DNA of 64,000 nucleotides from Monocercomonoides exilis PA203 (lineage: Eukaryota > Protista > Preaxostyla), in NCBI GenBank assembly GCA_001643675.2, contig LSRY02000021.1, forward strand, positions 434,001 to 498,000. The letters run 5' to 3'. The position numbers and the translations under genes are program-made. This document shows, in pieces, positions 23,572-34,425 of the stretch. Below the pieces are notes generated by a model that was not told the origin of the DNA, did not search any database, and saw only the letters and a program-made list of their open reading frames with translations. The first letter of the stretch is position 1. Every line of letters starts with the position of its first letter.

Positions 23572-25532
23572 TATTTTCTTTTTGTTTTGATGTTTTATTA
23601 TTGATGAAATGAAAATTAAATATATGCATAAACAAGTGAGAAAGTTTATTGGAGTGTTTCTGCGGTAAATTCATTTTAGTCAAGAAAATTCGAATTTTCG
23701 AATTGTCAAGAAATCGATAACTTAACACAAATTTTCGTCATAAAACTACTTTTAAAAAGCTGATTATTCAACAATAATTTTTTGTGAATGAAATGAACTT
23801 ATCTTTCATTCACATCCATCAAATTAAATACCAAATGGGAAAGAATAAATCATATTCGAATGAAAGCGAATTTGCCAAAATCAGAAACCAAATTCGAAAA
23901 ACAAAAATGAATACGAGTAGCCAACAATAATGAGTAGTGTTGTGCTATTTTCATGCATGAGAAACAATAGTATCTAATGAAATTTTCACTATTTTTTCTA
24001 ATATTTGAATTGACATCAAAATGAAAACAATAAAAATATTTTTGAACGCAGTGAAGTCATTGAAACTCATGTGAAAACAACAGTTGCATAATTTACACAG
24101 AGATGTTAGATGCCTCTTTCATTTTTTCCAACATATTGCAGAATGCAGGTTTCACATGAAAGAACAATGAAGATAATTTATAAGTTAATAGAAAAGTCAA
24201 TCGTGTTTCAATTTTGACATTTATATTTTTTTTTTCTTTTTCAGTGTCTCAAATGTTTCATAATATTTATTTATTTATTTATTTAAATCATAAGCATAAT
24301 CATTCAGTGCACGCTGTATTCCTTGCTATCATTCCCTCTTTCTTCTTTTTCTTTCTTTCAATTATCGTCTTCTTCACTTCTTTGCATCGGCTGATACTGA
24401 AAAGCAAATATCTCTGTGATTCAATGAAAATGGAAAAATTTGTTGATTCTCACTTCTTCCAAGATGATTTTCCATTGCTTTTTTTTTCTTGAAACAAATC
24501 GAACATCACAAGCTGTTGTTGTGATGTTGCACATAACAAATGCTAAAGGCAATAATCCAGCTTCATCAAAATTGTAAATAACATTTCATATCTTCTAGTT
24601 GTTATTGTTGTTCTATTTTTGCCACAAGCAAAAAATTGAAGATGAACAGTGGCCAATGATTTTATGAATTAAATTGCAATTATTTGGATGTCGTGATAAA
24701 AAAGTGGATGAATGTTCGGTTTTGCGAGAAGAAAACGATACGACACACAAAACATGCCCTTCTTCCAGATCCATAAATGATTAAAGCCCCAAGTTAAATA
24801 ACTCTCAATCCTTAACTCTTTTTGTATAATTTTGAATCCTTTTTTTTTATTCCTTCTGATTCCGTGATGTCTTCTTTTGCTTTGCATCTTCATCTTATTC
24901 AATATCACTTGGTTTTATTCTCTTCTAAGAGCCTTCATTTTTCAAATAATTCAATGTCCATTCTTTTCTCACTTTTTGTCTTTTTTTACCATTCCTCTAT
25001 TCCCACTTCTCCCAATATTTGTTTCAAAATTATTGTTTATCATCTTCATGCAGTTATTCATTTTCATTTTGTTTCTTTCTTTATGTCGTCTCATGTCACG
25101 GCAATCATTCTTCTCGTCTCCCCAAAGGGCAATTCATCTCATTCACATCTATTTGCACTCTCTAAAAAATAGTTCTGATCATATTCTGCTTCTTTTGCAG
25201 ATAACATTTCAATGTTTCATAAATCAACACTTCTTTAATTCATTTGAAAGTAATCAACAACGGGTTTTCATTTTCAGAATCATTTCATTCTTATTTCACA
25301 CAAATAATATGTTCATCATACATCTCTGAAAATATAAGACATTTCTTTTCAAAATGGTTTCTCCCATATCGAAATCACTTGATTTCCTTCTGACTTTGAT
25401 TTTGAACATATCTCCCCAAAGTTTTCCGCGTTTATAACATATCTTAAATTCTCTAATGTAATTCTATTTGCTTATGATATATTCCTTTTTCGTAAAAACA
25501 ATTGTTGATCAATTTTTGATTTTTATTTCAAA

Positions 25533-26949
25533 ATGAAGACATCAAGTGATGGAAGACTTTTCAAAGTTTGAGCTAATTTAATTTTTTTTTTCTAAATAAA
25601 ATGGCAAATTTGATTAATCTCCGCAGAATTGTTTTCTGAGCTGGAAGATTGCAATGAAAATGAACAGGAAGAGAAAATCGAAGAAATGAATAGACACATG
25701 AACAATATGAATATAGAAAAATTGTATTCAATATTTACGACAAAAATATACAATGAAATAGATAAGATGATTGAAGAAAAGAAATTGTCTTTGGAAAATG
25801 CCATTTTATTGCTTAAACTTTTGGGATATTGGAAAATCTTGAAAGATTTATTATTCCTAGACTGTGAAAACACTTCCTTGTGCAAAAAAAATTGAAAAGA
25901 AGATTATTGATGAAGAGAAGAAAAAAGAAGGAAGGAACGAAAAGAAGCTTGTTGATCTTTGCGAATGCCATATTTCTCTGAGTTGCTTTTTCACACCTGA
26001 ATTGCTTTCAATCTGTGTGCCTTGTCTACTGAATGCTGCGCGAAAGAAAGAGGAAAACGAGAAAGCACAAAAAGACGTGGAAATGGCTCTGCTGTCTTTG
26101 ATCAGTATTTATAAATTTAATGTATGTATATTTTTTGTATCATTTTTTAACATTGTTGAATTGCTTTCTCTCTCTTTTTTTTTTAAGGATAAAGGACGAG
26201 AACTTTTCTTAGATGAAATCAAAGACATTATCAAGTATCATCAAGAGCATTGCAATCTTACACGACTTGCATATCAATCAACATGGAAGTTTTTGATGGA
26301 AAGATTTTATAGCCAAAGAGAATTGGAAGGAGTGATTGAGAATGAACTGCATTTTGCGAGAGAGGCAACGAGAGAAATGGAAGAGCTGGCAAAGTGTGTG
26401 AATTGGAAAAGAAAAGAAGAGGAAGGAGAAAAAGAAATGAAAGATGTGATTGTTTTAAGGAGATGGCTCGATGAAGTTAATAATTACTTATGCTCGAGTC
26501 CATTGTGGAAAGAAAAGCACATTGGGCTTGTCGGAAGCGTTGTTCAAGTCTTTCACGCGGCAAAGGATAATCGTCCAGTCATACGCGATAAATGCATTTA
26601 TTCTTTTGGAACTGCAGTTAGAAAAAGGGGTGTGAATGTCGATATCTTGCTGAGAAAAGGAGTTGTTGATGCTGTTTTGGAGATTCTTCAAGCCACGTTG
26701 AATGACTACGTGTTAGCAAATTGCATTTGTTTTTTGGGAGAACTTTGTAAAAGATTGAATGGGAAGATGGGGAAAATGTTTTATGAAGCAAGGCGGATAG
26801 AGACGAAAAGGAAAGTATTTGAAAGGACAGAAGAAGAAGGATATGAAGATATTATCATGAGCTTTCATGAAATACTGCCTGATTTGGAAGAAAAGTTTGA
26901 ATTTTTGCAGATGTCAAAATACTCATCAGATTATCTTTTGAGTCTTTAA
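25533..26949 (+). pseudogene. Member of an expanded lineage-specific helical hypothetical-protein family, with a +1 frameshift in an A8 run (25884-25891); probable introns near 25566-25626 and 26124-26187
   Basis: ORFs 25629-25895 and 25864-26949 read as one protein (..SLCKK/IEKKIIDEEKKK..) if one A is removed. Clearly paralogous to the fragment at 29781-30360. The lesion could be a homopolymer assembly error. Confidence 0.65.
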
Positions 26950-28429
26950 AGCGAATCTTCAATTTATCTTTATTCATTTCATCATCATCTCAGAAAGGAA
27001 GAAAATATGAAAAAGCAGATGATGGCAAATGAATAAACGAAAAGGGATAGAAGAGAATAGAAAAGAGAATAGAAAAGATTTCGTTCTGGAGCAACATTCT
27101 CAATTAGAGAAAAAGAATATTCAACAAAAAATGAGTATTCTTCATTCATTTCATTCATTCTACTCATTCTCATCTTCCACTTCGAATTCACTCACACACT
27201 CTCCCTCATTCACCCACACATTCACACTGCATCCATCTTTATTTCAACAATTGTGATCTTCCTTTTCTTCTTCTTCTTCTTCAACTTTCTGTTTCGATAA
27301 AGAAGACAACATGCAACTCAGATGAATTGGGATTGAGTCACTTTCTGATGATGGATGGAATGGAAGAGAAGGTCAATGAAACAAAAATTGGAGGAACTTC
27401 AATTGTTGATTTCTGAGCGAAAGAAAAAGAAGAAAGAGGAAAGAAGAAGATTTAACTCCATATGCTTTGGGAATAGAAAGAAAAAATGTTCAAATGAAGA
27501 ATAAAGAGAATCATCAACATATTTTCTTTTCTGAAAAAAAGACTGTGAAAAGTCGGCGAGCACTTTTGATGTTGATTGGAAGAGTGACCAATCAGGAGAA
27601 GAAAGAGAGAAATAATTGAATGGTGACTCTTGTTTCGGGCAAGCAAATTTTGAATGATATTTTCAGATGATTTCTTCCTCGTCTCGTTTATTGCTGTTTT
27701 ATTCCCTTAAACGATATTTTTGGCTGGATTCTTCACAACCATTTTTTCTTCATTTCTTTTGTATTCTTCTCAAAAATAACCATTTTATTCTTCTTCTTCG
27801 CCTTCTCTTGTTTGATAATGCAGTTCGAAAGAGAAAAAGCAAAGGAGATCAGAGGCTTCAAGAGGTTAAACTGAACAATTGAACACATGGAAATAAAAAT
27901 GAATCTTCTAGAAGAAAATGGAGGGAAACAATTCATTCAACAAAGGTTCTTGATTTCCTAATTGAAAAGTTAAGAAATTTTTATTTTTCATTTTTTCAGA
28001 AAAAGGAAATAAAAACAATATTTTAATTCATACAATTATCGTTTTCCTCTCATTTTGTGAAAAAATAAAAAAGAAAAGAAAATTCAATTTAAGAGTTTCA
28101 ATTTTTATTGAAAAGAATTTGATTATATATTCACAAAATAATCAGAAAAATTCAAAGAAAAATAATTGTCATATCTTTTGTTTGCATAAACACAGAACAA
28201 GCACACCAAATATTTTTGATTGTTTAAACCATTTTCGCAATCTGTTGTTTATTAGGTTTTTGAATATTACTTTCTTTGTCTGCGCTTTGCATCCATTGTG
28301 AAAAAAAAAGTAATAAAATTTAATTTCTGAATGAGTGATAAAATAAGTTTGATAACAGATTTTTGATCGATCAAAATTTTGAAATCTTGGGAAAAACCTT
28401 TCAAATAAGAATATCATAATCTGAATAAG

Positions 28430-29621
28430 ACATCTTCATCTGAGGAATCAACGGTTAAGGATCCAACATCTTTTGCCTAAGGTATTTGCAGTTTGCCAAC
28501 ACTGCTAAAAAGTCAAATTTGTCTGTAAATGAAGGGGATATACAAGATTTTTGAAGTGTCCAAAGTGCAAGAAAATTGTTTCTTCATTAAAAAATACAAC
28601 TTTGGAGCTTCAAAATTGATTATTTCCAGTGTGATGAAGATTCTTTTAATGTTTTAGCTGGAAATCACACATTGGAAAATTGGTATGATACGAAATATAT
28701 CTCAAATGACGATTGTGTTCTGAACAAGCGTAGCAAGGTCGACTGTGTTTTATTTCTGGATTTTCAGAAATGAAAAAAATGAAGTGGATAGCAATATAGT
28801 TGAAATCGATGGAGCTGCATGGAGGAGAAGGAAATACTTAAAATTTTGAAATCATTATCAATTTTGTGAGTCTCAAATTAAACTTAATCTCATTGAATAT
28901 TATTGTATTTAAAAATAAGGAAAGCAAAAAATAATCGATGTGGATATTTGGAGTTGATGATCGAAAGGGTGATGAAGATTTATGGTCATTCCACGTTTTC
29001 ATTGTGTGAAATCAAAAAAAAAAAAAAAAAAAAAAAAAAAAGAAAAAGAAAAAGAAAAGAAAAGAAAAGAAAAAGTAAAAAGAAAAGAAAAAGAAAAAAG
29101 AAAAAAGAAAAAAAAGAAACCCTACTCCCAATTATTCTTAATTGAATCCATGAAGGAACAACAATAATCAGTGACTAATTGAAAGCTAGCACTTGCTTGG
29201 GATAAATATGTCACACCGACCTGACTGCCTGCCACAAACGTTATTTCATTGATCCTGTTTCGAAAGCCAATACGAACACTATCGAAAAAATGTGGACACA
29301 TTTAAGATCTTTTTTCCCTTGATATGGAGTGAGAGAGCGATTTATTCCTGGAGTGCTTGAAACATTCATTGAAAAAGATCAGGTTTACTCTCCTTCGGAG
29401 AAATAATAGAAAAAGTTATCAATTTTCAATCTGAAGATGAATATGAATTGGAAACTTATGATGATGATGATGATGAAAACGAAGAAATTTTTGATTTAAA
29501 TGACATTTTGGGAATTAGAGATGAAGAAGATACTGAAGAAGAACTTTTAAAAGCAGAAAGCGAGGATTCAGATCTTTTTGGAGCTGGAACAGGTGAAGAT
29601 TCATCGGAATTTGAACCATAA
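28430..29621 (+). mobile_element. Decayed Merlin/IS1595(ISXO2)-like transposase pseudogene, not resolved by the ORF track
   Basis: Collinear fragments CQHC, KCPKCKK..KNTT, IVEIDGAAWRRRKY, MWIFGV, ETLLPII..GTTIISD*, LTACHKRYFIDP..NTNTIEKMWTHLR and an acidic tail match the element at 30.5-31.6 kb. Many stops and two insertions. Confidence 0.85.
29014..29119. repeat. Poly(A)/(AAAAG)n microsatellite inside the Merlin pseudogene
   Basis: Directly visible. Confidence 0.9.
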
Positions 29622-29780
29622 ATAAATTTTTTTTAAAAAAATTTTTTGCGAATATTTTTTGATCTTTTTTTACACACATCACTTTTCGCAGGATGTTGCG
29701 AAGTGAATACAAACAGAATCATTAAATGGAACTTCTGTTTCAAATATCAAATCATAATTTTTGGTGGGTTTTTTGAATGA

Positions 29781-30360
29781 TTACACCCTTTCGTATTGAA
29801 TAAAAATCATTCCATAAAGCCTTGTGATGCAATCTTCAAATTCTTCTTCTTTCATCTTTTCAAAGATCTCCATTTTCATTGCCTTTCTTTTCGCTTCATC
29901 AATTTCACTGTCCGTGTTCCCTTTCAAATTCCTTGAAAGATTCAAATAGAAATCCAAATAAGTAGATACAAATTTTTCTTGCAACGTTGTTTGCTGCATT
30001 TCCTCCAAAAATACTTCAACCACTCCACTCTTCAACAGGTCATCAATTTTCACAGCTCTGCTTTCCGCTGCTGCTCTGAAACAAAGAAAGCAGTTGAAGC
30101 TTAAATCTCCATTATTATCAGTTGACGCTCTATGCACTCGAACAATGCTGCTGATAAGGTGATAATGCACTTCATTCCTCATTTCGCATAAAACGAAGAA
30201 AGAACACATCGTTTGGATCCATCTTATCAAGACAATCACTTTTTTCTCTTCTCTCTTCTACTTTTTCTTCTCGGTTTTTATCTTCTTCTTTTCTATTTTC
30301 ATTATTATTATAATTATTATTGGTATATGCGCACTTAACAGCAATTTCTAATTCTTGCAT
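29781..30360 (-). pseudogene. 5'-truncated, frameshifted fragment of the same gene family as 25533-26949
   Basis: AAESRAVKIDDLLKSGVV..EAKRKAMKMEIFEKMKEEEFED aligns with AVRKRGVNVDILLRKGVV..EARRIETKRKVFERTEEEGYED. Split over ORFs 30172-30360 and 29781-30239. Confidence 0.75.
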
Positions 30361-30419
30361 ATTTCGTTTGCTTATTGCTTAAATACATCATTTGTGATGT
30401 TTTGAGTTGTTAAAAACAT

Positions 30420-31766
30420 GCGGAAATTCATTAAAATAAAATTTTAATTTATCAAAAATTATGAAAATGTGTCAAAATTTTTTCAAAAAATAAATAAATA
30501 AACATAATAAAAAATCAAAATAAAATAAAAAAGTTTATCTTTATGAGTTTTCTGAATACTCAGAGGTAGATAAACCATCGCCTGGGTCAATATTGTCGGT
30601 TTCACTTGTTTCGCTGTCATTAGAAATAAGCAAATCATCTTAATCAGGAATATCTTCTTCATTTTCTTCTGTTTCTTCATCTTCTTCAGATTCTTCTGTT
30701 TGTTTTTTCTTTGTAGAAAACAATTTTGGATACAATTACTTCAACTCTGACAATCTTTCTCTTATGAATCATCCAAAAAGCCAGTTGATCAGCAACATAT
30801 TTTTCTCTAATGCCGTGGTGAAAAAAAATCTTCTCATATGGCTCCATAATCCTTCGATTGTATTTGTGCATGCGTGAGTTTCTTCATCAGAAAATTTTCT
30901 CTTATGGCACACTGTTAGATGATTGTATCCTAAACGAGAAAGAGATGAGTATACCTTCCATTCATCTGACATTATTGTTGAATGCGGTAGAATGTGCTTT
31001 TGAATGATTGGAATCAACGTCGTAGCAGAACGGTCTGGAACAATCATGACAAAAAAATTTCTTGTTTCATCCATTTTTTCTTTCTTTCGCTCCACTGCGC
31101 CAAAGACCCACATTTGTTTCTTTCTTCTTCCTCTATGATATTTTCTTCTCCTCAAAGCACATTCATCTATCTCTACAATAATGTTTTCGCTTCCAAGAAT
31201 AGTCTCATTCTGATTTATGATGTCCATCGCGCAACATCTCATAACAGATGACCAATATGCAACAGAGTTCCTATGTATCCCCAACATTTCCGAGCAAAAT
31301 TTCACACTAGCACCGTTCCAAATAAAAAGTATGATTAACAAAATTACATTTATAGGTATCCTGCTTCGATTAAATGACGTATTCTTGCATGCTGATTGTC
31401 TATTGCTGCATTTCCTGCAAACCCACATCATCGTTCCATAGTAACGCCGTAAATTCATTTCAGTTCTGTGCCTTCTGCATTTTGGCTTGTTTTTGATGAT
31501 TTTCTTAAATATCCATTTTTCTGATTTCTCCGAATTGAGAAACAATCTGAATAATTTATTTGTTGTTCTTCCTGGAATAGCAAGTGAATAGTCTGAATCA
31601 GACACTTCTTCCATAAAAATTTTTGATTTGTGAATGATCGAAAATCCCATAAATATGTGAAAACAACAGATTTCAAAAATCAAAAAATCATGGTTTTCGC
31701 ACATATTTTGTTCATGATATATGCACTAAATTAAACATGTGTTACAGATTAAAAAAATTTTTCCGC
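30420..31766 (-). mobile_element. Merlin (IS1016/ISXO2-like) DNA transposon; transposase about 31614..30541 with C-terminal frameshifts; imperfect terminal inverted repeats
   Basis: Zn-ribbon CxxH..CxxC and HTH region. The DDE triad is intact (IVEIDE..RKYHRGR, IMSDEW, TNTIEGLW). Frameshift at the T8 run (30821-30828) and further lesions in the acidic tail. GCGGAAA (30420) and TTTCCGC (31760-31766) begin loosely collinear ~60-bp inverted ends; no TSD found. Confidence 0.88.
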
Positions 31767-31960
31767 GTACGTCAGTAATTAAAAACCCTCATCAGTATTG
31801 GTATTTAAAAGAATTAATTTATTTTCTCTGATTTTTGAAATTTTCGTTGCATAAATCAAAATATATTTATATATTCGTTTTATTCTATTTTTCGAACTTT
31901 TCTTTTTATCACAAATTAATTAAAAATTACTTCCCTGTAGAATACTGACTCCATTTACAG

Positions 31961-31996
31961 TCACTGACTTCACTGACTTCACTGACTTCACTGACG
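31961..31996. repeat. Four tandem copies of the 9-mer TCACTGACT
   Basis: tcactgact tcactgact tcactgact tcactgacg. Confidence 0.9.
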
Positions 31997-32650
31997 GTCC
32001 GATGGTCGATTCATTTCAAATATGATTTTTTGTCAATATCCTTTTTGAGAAATGCATTTTCATTCTTCGCTTATTTGAATAAATATTTAGCAATATTTGC
32101 ATATGCAATTATTTGTTCTAATAATTGATGTTCTGATGTGAACATTATTACTCGGTCCGTCAGGAAACCAATTTTGTCTGCCAATGGTCACAAAGAAACA
32201 CATGTTTACACTAAATAACTCACTTTTTATAAATAAACTGTTTTTTCATTGTTTTGAAAATTGCCGTTAAGTATGCATTTGCCTTATTATTTTAATTTTT
32301 TTTGTTTATTTTTATTTTTATTTTTTTTTTTCACCAGGTGGAAAACTGGTGACGGGCTTGGAGAAAAATTTTCCTTACATCACCCAGGGCTAATCAGGAT
32401 ATATTTTCATCAAAAGATTTCCATAATTGCACGATAGTTATCTTTACTAAATATTTAGCATTCAACAGATTCTCTTTTTGAAAAATTTGTTTCAATCTAT
32501 TTTTTGAACAATCTATAATATTTGTGTATGATTTGTTGAATCAAACTACAAAAGAATTATTTTCAAGCAATTTCAATCTCTTTCATATCAAAAATAATTA
32601 TCTGCATTAAAGAAATTATCGATCTTCCCTCAAATATTTATTTTTGATAA

Positions 32651-33931
32651 ATGACAGAAATTATTGAACGAAAGCACGAACCAAAAATCGTTACAAGTGA
32701 CGAAGTCGAAGAGGCATTAAGAGAGCAGCGTCCAATTGTTGCACTTGGTTTGGCTTTTTAATTTGCATCATTTCCTTCATTTCTTTTTTAGAATCAACTA
32801 TAATATCACATGGTTTGAAACGAAAACTTTTTTTCATAATTACTTAAAACTTCTATTTTTTGAAATATAAGGAATGCCATACCCGGAAAATGTTCAGGTT
32901 AGATCGATAACTTTATTGATATTTTTGATTTTATATATTTCCAGATGGCGTACAGGATGGAGGATCTGATTCGAAAGAATGGAGCGGTTCCAGCTACTAT
33001 TGCACTCATTGGGGCATGACTTCAATAATTCATCCCAGGATTTTGATATTTTTGATTTTATGTTTTTGAAGGGAGTTGCAAAGATTGGATTGACACACGA
33101 CGATATAGAACATTTAGGGAAAGAAGGTACAAAAGTCCTAAAATGTTCTCGAAGAGATCTCGCATTTGCTATGGCAAAAGGTCTTGATGGAGCATGCACC
33201 GTTTGCGCAACAATGCAGTTAGCTGCATCAGTTGGAATTTCTGTTTTTGCAACAGGGGGGCTTGGCGGAGTTCATAGAGGAGCAGAAAAAACATGGGACG
33301 TGTCAGCAGATTTGAGGGAATTTTCAAAATCTCCTGTTATCGTTGTATGTGCTGGTGCAAAGGCAATACTCGATCTTCCAAAAACAATGGAGTATCTTGA
33401 AACGGAAGGTGTTCCTGTTGTAGGCTATAAAACAAGCGATCTTCCTGCTTTTTATTCTTCAACTTCGGGCTTGAAACTTGAAATGCAATTGAATACAGCT
33501 AAAGAAATTGCTGAAATGCATTTTGTCAATAAACACATTCTCAAATCAAGTCATGGGATGATTGTAACAAATCCTATCGATAAAGATAAAGAAGTTCCTC
33601 ATGAGGTATTTCTTTGACTTTTATTTTGTAGTTTAATATTTTTTTGACTTTTCATCATTTTAAAATAATTTGCTACATTTACATACCGTTTCTTTAGATA
33701 ATTGACGGAGTTATTGAAAAAGCAATTAGCGAAGCTGAAGATAAAGGGATTTCTGGCAAGCGTTCGACTCCGTTTCTTCTCGCAAAAATCTGTGAGCTTA
33801 CAGAGGGAAAATCTTTAGCATCCAACATTGCACTCGTAGAAAATAACGTGCTTCTGGCGACTGAAATTGCAAAAGAGCTAAACACCATTGAAAGAAGAGG
33901 AACTCTTGGAGCAAAATTGAAAGAAGATTGA
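32651..33931 (+). CDS. psuG: Pseudouridine-5'-phosphate glycosidase; join(32651..32747,32792..32812,32872..32897,32945..33013,33072..33605,33698..33931)
   Basis: The spliced product has PIVALESTIISHGMPYPEN, GAVPATIALIGG, FATGGLGGVHRGAEKTWDVSADL, AGAKAILDLPKTMEYLET and TPFLL..SNIALV.NN. Intron 4 is GC-AG. Confidence 0.93.
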
Positions 33932-34001
33932 GAAATATTTTAAATTCAAAAGCAGTTCAAATAATAAAAGAAAATGATTTACATTCAAAAGTATTCATTG
34001 C

Positions 34002-34050
34002 AAAAACAAACAAACAAACAAACAAACAAACAAACAAACAAACAAACAAA

Positions 34051-34094
<44 letters not shown>
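34002..34094. repeat. (AAAC)n microsatellite running into poly(A)
   Basis: Directly visible just 3' of psuG. Confidence 0.95.
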
Positions 34095-34095
<1 letters not shown>

Positions 34096-34425
34096 ATAAT
34101 TCATGATAAAAAGAAGATGATGCAAAGCAGTTAGCTCAATAATCACATTGTAAGAAAAGCGTAAAAAACATATAAATTACACTCAAAGAATATTAAAGGA
34201 ATAAACACTTACAAAATGCCGAGATACATATATAACACACTTATAAGCGGTTAACCTTACGCAAATAAATATGAAGCATTGTAAGTCAAATTGTAATACA
34301 TACATAAAGATTTATTATCATACATGTATAATAACAAAAAAATGCAAAAATTGTTTGTGACATTTCAAAGTCATGAAGTGAATCCCAGAAATTAATACTA
34401 TAACTTTGTTAATAATTATGGATAA

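Noticed and set aside
24093-24115. ACAGAGA as a U6 snRNA box
   Set aside because: The downstream AGAUUAGCAUGG and internal stem-loop are absent.
26985-28000. Short ORFs and purine/pyrimidine blocks after the family gene
   Set aside because: Low complexity with no consistent frame; possibly a dispersed repeat, but that cannot be shown from this window.
31961-31996. Tandem 9-mers as a CRISPR or telomeric array
   Set aside because: No spacers, only four units, no cas genes, and not a TTAGGG-like unit.
32348-32395. SECIS element (GTGAC...AAAAA...) given SBP2 in the window
   Set aside because: The 3' side has TAAT rather than the required NGAN, helix II pairs poorly, and there is no upstream UGA-containing ORF.
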